A stretch of 63,352 nucleotides of DNA, filler included, from 4 parts of 4 records of this genome joined end to end with filler, not necessarily neighbours in it, one strand, 5' to 3'; positions 34,038-44,888 are shown, numbered from the whole stretch's first letter. Program-made: numbers and translations. The notes: generated by a model from the letters alone, not told the origin.

Positions 34038-34079
34038 TTGTGTTAACTCATTGATACAACTGCCGCAACGGCGAGTCAA
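34038..34079 (-). promoter_or_regulatory. promoter with an overlapping YtrA-type operator
   Basis: Minus strand TTGACT-17-TATCAA. The imperfect inverted repeat TTGTATCAA-TGAG-TTAACACAA (34038-34059) covers the -10 box. Confidence 0.6.
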
Positions 34080-34101
34080 CTGTTTTTCTCGAAATTCAAC
34101 T

Positions 34102-34212
34102 CGTGCTCAGGTCGAAGACCGGTGCTCGCAACCAATCCCGTGCTCAGGTCGAAGACCGGTGCTCGTGCTCGTAATCGAAACCTCGAGCAATCGAGCAATC
34201 GAGCAATCGAGC
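34102..34212. repeat. repeat cluster at the contig end
   Basis: 27-bp direct repeat CGTGCTCAGGTCGAAGACCGGTGCTCG at 34102 and 34139, then GTGCTCGTGCTCGTAATCGA, then (TCGAGCAA) x3.75 up to the break. Confidence 0.85.
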
Positions 34213-34312
34213 NNNNNNNNNNNNNNNNNNNNNNNNNNNNNNNNNNNNNNNNNNNNTTAATTAATTAANNNNNNNNNNNNNNNNNNNNNNNNNNNNNNNN
34301 NNNNNNNNNNNN
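34213..34312. other. artificial contig spacer
   Basis: N44-TTAATTAATTAA-N44. Confidence 0.98.
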
Positions 34313-34339
34313 ACCGGGGCTAACGCCCATCGGCTAATT
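34313..34339. repeat. truncated REP-like element at the contig start
   Basis: ACCGGGGCTAACGCCCATCGGCTAATT contains a GGGC-TAAC-GCCC hairpin. Confidence 0.5.
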
Positions 34340-34374
34340 GTTTTCACTCGCTATACGACTAAATCGACAGGCTG

Positions 34375-35319
34375 CTAGACCGAGCGGACTTCGCCGATTT
34401 GTAGTCGGTGGCGATAGTCGGCGACGGTTTGTGTGAGACCATCGTCCAGACGGATGGTCGGCTGCCAACCGGTGGACCGGATTCGGCTGATGTCGGTGCA
34501 TTTGACGGGAGTCCCGTCGGGTTTGCTGGCGTCCTGAACGATTTGCCCTTCAAAACCAGTTGCGTCGGCAATCTTTCGTGCGAGGTCGGCGATTGTCAGG
34601 TCGACCCCCGTTCCAACATTGACCCAGTCGGGAGGGTTTTCGAGCTGGAGCAGGTGTTCGGCTGCCGCAGCCAAGTCATCGACGTGCAGGAATTCACGTC
34701 TTGGTTTTCCGCTGCCCCAAACGGTGACCGAATCGGCGTTCTTTTTCGCAGCGTCGTCGAAGCGTCGAATCAAGCCTGGAATCACGTGTGAATTGTCCGG
34801 GTGATAGTTGTCGCCCGGGCCGTACAGATTGGTTGGCATCGCACTATGAAACAGTGCGCCGTGCTGTTGTCGGTAGTACTGGCAGAGTTTCAGCCCCATG
34901 ATTTTGGCCAGGGCGTATCCCTCGTTGGTTTCTTCGAGAGGGCTGGTCAGCAGAGCGTCTTCTTGGATCGGCTGAGGAGCCATCCGCGGGTAGATGCAGG
35001 TGCTACCTAAGAACAAGAACCGTGAGACACCCGTTTGAAAAGCCGCGTGGATGGCGTTGGCCGCCATCATGGTGTTGTCGTAGGCAAAATCGGCTGGGTA
35101 GGTCGCGTTGGCGTGAATGCCACCGACCTTGGCCGCCGCGAAAATGACTGTGTTGGGGCGTTCCGATTCGAAGAACTCGTTGACAGCGGCTTGGTTGCAA
35201 AGATCCAGTTCGGTCCGTGTGCGGGTGACGATTTGCAGATCATCGCGGTCGGCAAATCGACGAAGGATGGCCGATCCGACCATGCCTCGGTGTCCGGCAA
35301 CGAAGATCTTTTGGGGCAT
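34375..35319 (-). CDS. fcl: GDP-L-fucose synthase
   Basis: [50 protein letters not shown] and [15 protein letters not shown]. Confidence 0.96.
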   Translation of the reverse strand: MPQKIFVAGHRGMVGSAILRRFADRDDLQIVTRTRTELDLCNQAAVNEFFESERPNTVIFAAAKVGGIHANATYPADFAYDNTMMAANAIHAAFQTGVSRFLFLGSTCIYPRMAPQPIQEDALLTSPLEETNEGYALAKIMGLKLCQYYRQQHGALFHSAMPTNLYGPGDNYHPDNSHVIPGLIRRFDDAAKKNADSVTVWGSGKPRREFLHVDDLAAAAEHLLQLENPPDWVNVGTGVDLTIADLARKIADATGFEGQIVQDASKPDGTPVKCTDISRIRSTGWQPTIRLDDGLTQTVADYRHRLQIGEVRSV

Positions 35320-36091
35320 TGTTGGGAAGTGGGAAAGGGCCGCAGGGGCTCAGGGCCACCGGCGGATGCATTGGGGGACGGCTCGCTTCCTGGCGGAAGC
35401 ATCGGTTGGGGTGCCAGGTGAGACCTGGCCTACGTTGGCTAGGCGTCGCGGAGAAAGTCGTGCGGGCGGATGTTGAGTCCGAATTCTTGGCGAATTCGGC
35501 TACGGAGCGTACGGTCGGCCTTGCTCACGCGGCGGGTTGTGACTGGTGCCGGTCGTTTCGGCCAGAAAATTGCTTGGTCAGCGCGGACTTCGTCCACTTG
35601 GGTGACACTTGTTTCATTGTCACCGCCGGCGGGCCGGAAAGTTCAGCCAAAGTGAATTCGTCGCCTAATCGGACTTTCCACATCTGGATGATTGTTAAGT
35701 GCTCAAAGTCGCGGCATCGGGTGCGACCTGGTGGGGCTGCACGCATTGCACGACTTCAAGGTATCTGGTTCAGGTTCATTTTAGCTTCCTGAACCAAATT
35801 CGCTTCCCCCTCCGCAACTTTTGATCGCCCCCGTTGGGGCACCCGAGTCGCGGCGTGAAAAGCTACTCAATCCATAGCACGCTGAGCGGGCGGAGGAGCA
35901 ACTTCCCGGGAATGCTGAGAAGATTAGTTGGTGTCATGGATTGTGAATCGGCGAACTCGCCAGTGCTGGCGTAATCGGATTCATTTTCTGTTAAGCTCTC
36001 GCTACAACCCACACCTCGCTCGTTTTCGGCCGTCACAATGTGCACCGCCGTCTGATATTTTCGTCCCGATTCGACCGGTTCGCCGCCCCCC

Positions 36092-36937
36092 ATGCCGATT
36101 CAAGTCACTTGTCCAAATTGTCTGAAACGGTTCCAAGTCAGCGACAAGTTTGCTGGGAAGCAGGGGCCATGTCCGGCATGTAAAAAGACGATTCGGGTCC
36201 CCGACGCTTCCGAAGCCGTCACGATCCACGCCCCCGAAGACGATGGGCCGAAGGATTCGAAGGGGCAGAGTGTTCTCAAGCCGATCACTCGGAAAGACCG
36301 AGATTTCACGCGGCGGCACCTCTACATCGCTGCAGGCGTTGTACTTGGGATGCTCTTTCTAGCTCTCGGGTTCCGTTTTGCGATGGGTGGGGCTCCGCTT
36401 TGGGCTCAGGTTATCGGCATTTTGCTGCTTGCACCGCCCGTGGTTCGAACGGGCTACAGTTTCGTCCACGACGCAGAATTGGAACCCTATGCAGGAGTCG
36501 AACTACGCAACCGAGTCCTGATCTGCTCGGCAGTTTACGCTGCGATTTGGTTGGTTTACGCATTTGTTCCCGCGTATGTGTTGGAGTTGGATCATGCCAA
36601 CGAAATGTCATGGACGACGGCCGGGATCGTTTTTTCTGTCATGATCCTGATCGGAGCGGCGGTTTCGGTTGGGGCTTTTGAGTTGGAATTCGTCAGCGGC
36701 TTGGCACAGTCAGGTTTGTACTTCGTCACCGTAATTTTGCTGGCCCTGATTGCGGGCGTTTCGCTCGCGGGGCAACCCGGGGCTCGCCGAGAACTCGATC
36801 CAGATTGGGAGGACGAGGAGTTCGTTGACGATCTCGTGCAACTGCCTTCCCCGGTGGAGATGACCGGGGTGGCTGAACTAGCATCCATCGATCGAATCGG
36901 ACAACTGACTGGCACGGTTCAGGGCTCGTCCGTTTGA
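36092..36937 (+). CDS. zinc-ribbon membrane protein of unknown function
   Basis: N-terminal CPNC...GKQGPCPAC followed by about 5 TM segments. Confidence 0.8.
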   Translation: MPIQVTCPNCLKRFQVSDKFAGKQGPCPACKKTIRVPDASEAVTIHAPEDDGPKDSKGQSVLKPITRKDRDFTRRHLYIAAGVVLGMLFLALGFRFAMGGAPLWAQVIGILLLAPPVVRTGYSFVHDAELEPYAGVELRNRVLICSAVYAAIWLVYAFVPAYVLELDHANEMSWTTAGIVFSVMILIGAAVSVGAFELEFVSGLAQSGLYFVTVILLALIAGVSLAGQPGARRELDPDWEDEEFVDDLVQLPSPVEMTGVAELASIDRIGQLTGTVQGSSV

Positions 36938-38349
36938 GTGACTGCAATTCCGTGTCTGTTCCTGAAGTGCATTTGATGGATCGCGGGCCATCGCGGTTGC
37001 GGATTCCGCCCGCGATGGATGTACCAGTAACCGCTCGCGTCCAACGGTTGATCGACACCGCCCCGATGAGAAGACTGGCGTCGATCAGCCAGCTCGGGTT
37101 GGTTTCGATGGTTTATCCGGGAGCGATGCACAGCCGGTTGGAACATTCGCTCGGCGTCTACACCTGGGCGCTACGAGTCCTGAATCAAGTTGGCCAGCAG
37201 AGCCCAGTGGAACAAGGCTCAGCGAACCAAAACGCCGAGAACACTCGTGCGTCCGAGGCGTTCATCGTTGCGTCTCTGGTGCATGACGCTGGTCACTGGC
37301 CGTTTTGCCATCCCATCGAAGACATGGGCCAGTCCGGTATGCCGCGGCACGAGGAACGTGTCGAAGCGATGTTGCGTTCCGGGCCTCTCGCCGATGCACT
37401 GGCAGCGGACTGGTCGTGCACCGCCGATGACGTTATGGCGATCCTGTGTCCGAAAAAGATCGATCAGTATCCAGCGGCAACTTCATCGGAGCACATCGCG
37501 TTTTATGCGAGTTGCTTAAGTGGGCCGATCGATGTCGACAAATTGGATTACCTGCAACGCGACAGTCTGCATGCGGGAGTTCCGTATGGCCGAAACTTTG
37601 ATCCGATGCGAATTATCGCTTCTTTGGTTCGGCATCCGGATCGGCCGAAGCTGGCCATTCACGAAAAAGGACGCACGGCGGCGGAGATGATGGTCTTCGG
37701 TCGTTATGTGATGTTCAGCGAAGTCTATTGGCATCATACAGTTCGTGCAGCCACCGCGATGTTGCAGCGAGCTGTTCACGAATTGCAGCAATCTGCCGGT
37801 GGCGAAAAAGCCGACATCACCAAGTGGATGGACCTGAGTGAGTCAGCTTGGGTGAGGCAGTTTGTCGACTCCGCGGATCGTCGTGGTGGGCCAGTGAAGA
37901 GTTTGGCGGATGGATTGTTCGGGCCGACACGGAAGTTGCTCAAGCGAGCGGCGGAGTTCAACGTCGAGTCCGGCGAAGACATGCACCAGATGCTGGCGAG
38001 GCGTCCGTATTGGTGGCTCGCGTCTTGTTCGCAACCGTTGGCCGCGTCCATTGGCGATGCGATTGGGAAATCCTTCGAGCCGGAATTGGTTCTGATCGAT
38101 GCGCCGCCGGTCAAACTGGAGGTCGACATCAACATCGACATCGTGCTTCGGTCGGGCGAGGTCGCGACGCTGGGTGATGTTTCGCCCGTTGCGTCGGTGT
38201 TAGCCAATCGCCAATTCGACAATCATGTCAAACGTGTGAGAGTGTTTGTGCCCGAGTGGGTTCGTGATTGCTTGGCTGACTTGCCCGGCGATTCGATGCG
38301 AAGATGGCTGACCGACGCGGTCGCTGAAACTGAAAAACAGTGGGCGTGA
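36934..38349 (+). CDS. HD-domain phosphohydrolase (SAMHD1/YwfO-like)
   Basis: RRLASISQLG, YPGAMHSRLEHSLG, HDAGHWPFCH, DVDKLDYLQRD and VYWHHTVR. Start uncertain (TTG 36934 or ATG 36976). Confidence 0.88.
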   Translation: MSDCNSVSVPEVHLMDRGPSRLRIPPAMDVPVTARVQRLIDTAPMRRLASISQLGLVSMVYPGAMHSRLEHSLGVYTWALRVLNQVGQQSPVEQGSANQNAENTRASEAFIVASLVHDAGHWPFCHPIEDMGQSGMPRHEERVEAMLRSGPLADALAADWSCTADDVMAILCPKKIDQYPAATSSEHIAFYASCLSGPIDVDKLDYLQRDSLHAGVPYGRNFDPMRIIASLVRHPDRPKLAIHEKGRTAAEMMVFGRYVMFSEVYWHHTVRAATAMLQRAVHELQQSAGGEKADITKWMDLSESAWVRQFVDSADRRGGPVKSLADGLFGPTRKLLKRAAEFNVESGEDMHQMLARRPYWWLASCSQPLAASIGDAIGKSFEPELVLIDAPPVKLEVDINIDIVLRSGEVATLGDVSPVASVLANRQFDNHVKRVRVFVPEWVRDCLADLPGDSMRRWLTDAVAETEKQWA

Positions 38350-38386
38350 CTCAGCATTCCTTTTTGAATGGGTGGGCGGAATCAAC

Positions 38387-39127
38387 GTGATTGAGATAGA
38401 GATTGTTCCCGACCACGAATCGGCGTCAGCGCGAGTGGCAGGGTTTATCGTCGAACAAATTCGCCGCAAGCCAGCAAGCGTTCTTGGTCTGGCCACTGGT
38501 GGCACTCCCGAACGAACGTACGAACTTCTGGTCGAAAAGGTGAACGCAGGTCATCTTTCGTTTTCGCAAGCGACCACATTTAACTTGGATGAGTACGTTG
38601 GGTCGCGGCCCGATCATTCGCAAAGCTATCACGCGTACATGCGATCTCGGTTGTTCGGCAAAACGGATTTTGATGCGGAGCGAACGCATTTGCCCGATGG
38701 CACAGCGGATGATTTGTCGGACGCGGGCAGGCAATACGAGGCAATGATCGCCGAGGCCGGCGGCATCGATTTGCAGTTGTTGGGCCTGGGAGCGAACGGG
38801 CACATCGGATTCAACGAGCCTGGTGCGACGGAGGACAGTCGCACGCGGGTGGTGGATTTGACCGAGGAAACCATCGCCGCGAATTCGCGGTTCTTTGAAT
38901 CACCCGAGGACGTTCCGCGGCGGGCGCTCACGATGGGAATCGCGACCATTTTGGAAGCTCGTGAGATTGTTTTGATTGCGACGGGCGAGTCGAAAGCGGA
39001 GGCGGTCGAGCGAGCTGTTCGCGGGCCGGTCACATCGCGAATGCCGGCGTCGTTTCTTCAGCAGCATCCAAATGTCACGTTTGTGTTGGACGAAGCCGCG
39101 GCAAGCTTGTTGGGTTCGCGGGCATGA
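38387..39127 (+). CDS. nagB: glucosamine-6-phosphate deaminase
   Basis: LGLATGGTP, FNLDEYVG, GGIDLQLLGLGANGHIGFNEPG, ALTMGI and PASFLQQH. Start at GTG 38387 or 38372. Confidence 0.95.
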   Translation: MIEIEIVPDHESASARVAGFIVEQIRRKPASVLGLATGGTPERTYELLVEKVNAGHLSFSQATTFNLDEYVGSRPDHSQSYHAYMRSRLFGKTDFDAERTHLPDGTADDLSDAGRQYEAMIAEAGGIDLQLLGLGANGHIGFNEPGATEDSRTRVVDLTEETIAANSRFFESPEDVPRRALTMGIATILEAREIVLIATGESKAEAVERAVRGPVTSRMPASFLQQHPNVTFVLDEAAASLLGSRA

Positions 39128-40632
39128 GCGTCACGTTGCTGGTCGGTTCGCAAAAGCAGTTGGCCGATGGGCTGCCCTGGCTCCGTCAATTCGCAGAATC
39201 GATGAAGTTGCGAGCGGACATTTTGGTGCTGGGGTTGGATCACCGAACGCTGGAGCTTCGCAGCCAAAAGGAGCTGGAGAGCATAGGGGCTGGGGCGGCG
39301 AAGCAAGCAACCACGAAGTCACCCAATCGCGTTGAGCGAGTGGAGGCCGATGTCGAAGCGATTTCGCTGCAGCTGGCCAAGTGGGATTCGCGTTTGCTGT
39401 TGATGGTCGACGATGTGGATGACGACCGGTTCCAAGCGACCTTGTTCGATCGATGTGCGATCAAATCAGTTTGGCTGAGTTCGAAGGGAACGCCGCCGGA
39501 GTCGTCTCATCATGTTTTCTCGATCGACGATTCGTCTGACAAAGTAACGCGGTGGATCTCGCGGCGTTTGTTGGGGATGGATCCCGGATTGCATTTAGAT
39601 CACGAATGGTTGACCGAGCTAGCCAAGCAAAGTGAGTCGCCGTCTGATTCCGAGTCAGAGCATCCAGACCCAATTGATGCGGCGATCGAGAAAGCACTGA
39701 GTTTGGAGCGGCAACGCTGTGACCCTGGCGATTTGGTTTGGGTGCCGTTTGGATCGAAGCCTTCGTCTGAGCCGCACTACAAAGTTGCTCGAGCGTTGCT
39801 TGGTCAATCGACGCAGGCCTCGGTGGCGTTGGTCAGTCAGAAAGAGAGTTGGAACCAATCGTTGTCGGCGAGCGTTCGGTATTGGGCCAGTCATGTGGCC
39901 GAGCCGATGGATCGCGACGCTCGGTTGGAGTTGGCTCGTTCTCTCGAGGAAGGGTCCGAGCCCAGTTTGGAGTTCCTCGGTTTGATTTCGGCCGCGGCGA
40001 TGTTGGCCGCGTTTGGTTTGCTGCAGAATTCGGCGGCGGTGATCATTGGTGCGATGTTGATTGCTCCTTTGATGACGCCGATCATGGGTGCCGGGTTATC
40101 GCTCGCTCATGGCAACCGCCCGTTGTTTCGCCGGTCGCTGCTGTCGATTGGAATTGGTTTCGCGGGTGCGTTCGGATCAAGTTTCCTGTTCGGATTGCTG
40201 GTTCGGTTGGTGCATCATCCGGTCGTGACGGATGAGATGTGGGGCCGTTGCAATCCGTCGCCGTTGGATTTTTGTGTCGGTTTGGTTGGTGGCATGGCCG
40301 CTTCTTACGCTCGCACGCGAAGCCATTTGTCGTCGGCTTTGGCGGGGGCGGCGATCGCGGCGGCGTTGGTGCCGCCCATTTCGACCGCGGGTTTGCAAGC
40401 ATCGTTCAATGTCTGGGAATCGACCGAGCGTGGCTGGCCGGTCTTTGGGCCGCTGATCTTGGTCTGCGTCAACGTGCTGACGATCATGATTGGGACATCG
40501 TTTGTGCTCTACGCTCGCGGTTTGCGAGTCGAATCGGGGCACAAGTGGGCGACGCGAATGACGGTTTCGTTGGTCACGCTATTGATGTTGGTGCTGGTTT
40601 GGATGATGCACCTGGAAACGTGGTTGTTTTGA
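39124..40632 (+). CDS. DUF389-domain membrane protein with an extra N-terminal soluble domain
   Basis: GLLQNSAAVIIGAMLIAPLMTPI and LAGAAIAAALVPP motifs; ATGA overlap with nagB. Confidence 0.85.
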   Translation: MSVTLLVGSQKQLADGLPWLRQFAESMKLRADILVLGLDHRTLELRSQKELESIGAGAAKQATTKSPNRVERVEADVEAISLQLAKWDSRLLLMVDDVDDDRFQATLFDRCAIKSVWLSSKGTPPESSHHVFSIDDSSDKVTRWISRRLLGMDPGLHLDHEWLTELAKQSESPSDSESEHPDPIDAAIEKALSLERQRCDPGDLVWVPFGSKPSSEPHYKVARALLGQSTQASVALVSQKESWNQSLSASVRYWASHVAEPMDRDARLELARSLEEGSEPSLEFLGLISAAAMLAAFGLLQNSAAVIIGAMLIAPLMTPIMGAGLSLAHGNRPLFRRSLLSIGIGFAGAFGSSFLFGLLVRLVHHPVVTDEMWGRCNPSPLDFCVGLVGGMAASYARTRSHLSSALAGAAIAAALVPPISTAGLQASFNVWESTERGWPVFGPLILVCVNVLTIMIGTSFVLYARGLRVESGHKWATRMTVSLVTLLMLVLVWMMHLETWLF

Positions 40633-40647
40633 GGGAGAACGCCAGTT

Positions 40648-40921
40648 TGTTGCTCGGTGGTGCTTCGCCGAGATTGGCGTTTGAGTTCGCTGTTGGGCCG
40701 GGGGATGTGGGTTGGTTGTGGCTGGGGATTGCCGTAACTCCGCTATCGCTTCGGTACGTCCTACGATGTTGCTCGGTGGTGCTTCACCGAGATTGGGTTT
40801 GGGTGCATTGTTGGGCCGGGGGCTACGGTTTGGGTGCGGCTGGTGGTTGCCGTAACTCCGCTATCGCTTCGGTACGGCCTACATTGTTGCTCGGTGGTCC
40901 TCCACCGAGATTGGGTTTGAG
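40648..40921. repeat. BIME-like tandem array of two REP types (about 118-119 bp period, 2.3 units)
   Basis: Units start at 40648, 40767 and 40885. Each has a CTCGGTG(G)...(C)CACCGAG-type hairpin. The minus-strand REP GTAGG(C/A)CGTACCGAAGCGATAGCGGAGTTACGGCA occurs at 40730-40764 and 40848-40882. Confidence 0.85.
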
Positions 40922-40943
40922 GTCATGGCGTCACGGTTCGTGG

Positions 40944-41951
40944 TCAGCTGGGGTGCTGGCGAACTGACTCGCGTAGCACGACGTCGCCGCCCAGTTTGGG
41001 AAGGTCTGGTTCGCTGCCGTTGATCATCGCGATGATCGCGGTCGCTGCGGCCTGGCCCATCTCTTTGCCGGGCTGGCGGATGGTGGTCAGTGGTGGCACC
41101 ATCCACTTCGATTCGGGTTGATCATCCACGCCAATCAACGAGACCTGATCGGGAACGGAAACCTGCCGGCGATGAAGAGCCAGTCGTGCACCGAATGCCA
41201 TCAGATCATTCGCGGCAAAGATCGCGGTGTAAGGCACGCCCCGTTGAGCCAAGGTCTCGATCGCTTCCGCGGCCGATTCCGCGTGGAAGTCACCGTTGAT
41301 GATGTGGTCGTCAGTCACCTCGATACCAGCCTGCTGCATCGCGTGCCGGAACCCGGCAAGCCTGCCGATCGCATCAATGTGATTCGCTGGGCCAGCGATG
41401 TGGACGATTTCTCGATGACCGTGGTCGAGCAATGCCTGGGTCGCGTTGGCGCCGATTTGGAAGTTGTTCGTTGCGATGTTCGCGCCATCCCAATCCGGCA
41501 TCTCTCGCGCGACGACCAAAGTTGGTTTTTCTTCGCCGAGCTCTTCGATCTTTTCAGAGGGTGTGTCGCCCGCGATCAAAATCAATCCGTCGACATTTCG
41601 TCCCATCAGAGTTCGGGCGGCGTCGAGAAACAAATTCTGATTCAGCATCGCGTCGCCGACGATGGGTGAGAATCCGGTCCCGTTGAGCCCTTGCATCACG
41701 CCTTGCACGACCGAGTCATAAAACGGCGTGCCGATGTTTTGTGTCACGATCCCGATTGTCATTGATCGGCCGCCCGCCAAAGAGCGAGCGACTTGGTTGG
41801 GTTCGTAGCCCAATTCTGCCATGGTCGCCATCACGCGTTCGCGTTTGTCGGCTTGGACAATCAGCGGGCTGTTGAGGACTCGCGAAACCGTGCTTTTGGA
41901 GACTTCTGCTCGATTGGCAATGTCCTGGATCGTGATCCGGCCTTTTGACAT
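40944..41951 (-). CDS. LacI-family transcriptional regulator
   Basis: ITIQDIANRAEVSKSTVSRVLN HTH, YEPNQVARSL hinge, AANDLMAFG and PPLTTIRQP. Start moved to ATG 41951 (41966 possible). Confidence 0.95.
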   Translation of the reverse strand: MSKGRITIQDIANRAEVSKSTVSRVLNSPLIVQADKRERVMATMAELGYEPNQVARSLAGGRSMTIGIVTQNIGTPFYDSVVQGVMQGLNGTGFSPIVGDAMLNQNLFLDAARTLMGRNVDGLILIAGDTPSEKIEELGEEKPTLVVAREMPDWDGANIATNNFQIGANATQALLDHGHREIVHIAGPANHIDAIGRLAGFRHAMQQAGIEVTDDHIINGDFHAESAAEAIETLAQRGVPYTAIFAANDLMAFGARLALHRRQVSVPDQVSLIGVDDQPESKWMVPPLTTIRQPGKEMGQAAATAIIAMINGSEPDLPKLGGDVVLRESVRQHPS

Positions 41952-42190
41952 CGGGCGTGGTCTCATTGGGGAACGGGCGGAAAGGATCGTTCTGAATGGA
42001 AGCGAACGCTCGATTCTGATTCTAACCCGATTTGGCCAAAAAATCGCCACCACGCGAGCCCACGTGGGGCGTTTACTTGGTGCCTCGGTCGAGCGTGCCG
42101 GTCAGGCTTCTTGCACGACGATTTGGCTTCGCCGGCCGTGGAAGGCCAGCGTGGGTTTGTTCGCCGGAAGTGGCTGTCTCGCGGGCGAGA

Positions 42191-42451
42191 TCATTTCGCC
42201 GGCGGATTCAATTCCTGCAGCGACTTGCCCAGCCGTTTTCGCGGGGCGGCTTTTCGGCCGGTCGAGCGAGTGCCCTTCTTTGCCGGCAGGGCTTGTTTGC
42301 CTGCGGTGGGTTCCTGCAACAACGCCGCGACTTGCGGGTTGATTTCGGACGACTCGTCAGGAGTGCCGATTTGCTCGACCGCGTCGCTCACGCCCAGGAT
42401 GACGGATTGGCGAACGCCGTCTCGTAGCCAGTCGAAAAAATTCAGGTTCAT
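42191..42451 (-). CDS. small hypothetical protein
   Basis: MNLNFFDWLRDGVRQSVILGVSDAVEQIG (amphipathic) with a basic tail, RKRLGKSL; divergent from rpsA. Confidence 0.6.
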   Translation of the reverse strand: MNLNFFDWLRDGVRQSVILGVSDAVEQIGTPDESSEINPQVAALLQEPTAGKQALPAKKGTRSTGRKAAPRKRLGKSLQELNPPAK

Positions 42452-42616
42452 ATCTCAATTGGGTGGTTGGTGTCGGTGAAGGATCGCCGCCGATGGTCCG
42501 AGGATTTCGGTGGTTGGGCGGCTGCGATCCGTTCACGGGTCTCAGATCACGTGTCATGCCTCACGTTCGTCGCCTGTAAAACAATCGTCGGCGGGGTGTC
42601 CAGACCAACAAACGCA

Positions 42617-42645
42617 TTGTGACGAATTTCCGACTTTGGTAGGCT
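42617..42645 (+). promoter_or_regulatory. putative sigma70 promoter of rpsA
   Basis: TTGTGA-17-TAGGCT with a TG extended -10. Confidence 0.5.
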
Positions 42646-42788
42646 TCTCGGCTAGGCGCCGCGGCGAGTCCGCGGGGACGCCCCCCTCCGGCTGTAGTTT
42701 TACAATCCACACCACCAACCCAGGTGACGGATCGACGGGTCATTTGCCGGAGCCCGATCGATACGATTTCACCATCGGTAACGTTTTT

Positions 42789-44585
<1,797 letters not shown>

Positions 44586-44604
44586 TCCAATAAAATTTCA
44601 ACGA

Positions 44605-44755
44605 GGGCAAATCGGGTGCTTCGGGATCCGGTTGCCCGGTTGGAATCGATTGTCTTCGTTGTGAACGCCTGTCGCCCCTTCACGGGCTCGACGGGGGTTC
44701 CAAGACGCAGGCATGAGCTGCTCATATCGAGCGGCATTCGCATTGAACATTGACA
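44605..44755 (+). ncRNA. candidate structured RNA (cUUCGg hairpin plus three-way junction); unassigned
   Basis: Hairpin at 44605-44637; nested pairings TGTGAA/TTCGCA, GCCTG/CAGGC, CCCC/GGGG and GCTGCTC/GAGCGGC, folded by eye. Confidence 0.4.
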
Positions 44756-44760
44756 TGTAT

Positions 44761-44799
44761 GACGGGCGTTTGATCTGCTTCAGACGCCCGTCTTTTTTT
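44761..44799 (+). terminator. intrinsic terminator
   Basis: GACGGGCGTTTGA-TCTGCT-TCAGACGCCCGTC followed by T7. Confidence 0.9.
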
Positions 44800-44888
44800 G
44801 CGCCGTATATTTGATTTCTGTCTACACGGCCAAGCGGAGAGCGGAGATTTGTCCTCGTTCAATGCAACCACTTTCATCAATGTTCGCT

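Noticed and set aside
34102-34165. Mini-CRISPR from the 27-bp direct repeats
   Set aside because: Only 10 nt separate the two copies, and there are no cas genes.
35671-35679. RNase P RNA (the minus strand reads GGAAAGTCC)
   Set aside because: The other conserved RNase P regions are not found at suitable spacing.
40239-40967. 242-aa ORF, and a CRISPR reading of the 40648-40921 array
   Set aside because: The ORF overlaps DUF389 out of frame and reads through REPs. The array linkers are homologous to each other, unlike CRISPR spacers.
41960-42015. LacI operator upstream of the LacI gene
   Set aside because: Only half-site-like GGGAACG and GGAAGCG are present, with no convincing palindrome.
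44651-44755. 5S rRNA, guanidine or c-di-GMP riboswitch identity for the structured RNA
   Set aside because: The hallmark conserved nucleotides of those families are not evident, so it is left unassigned.
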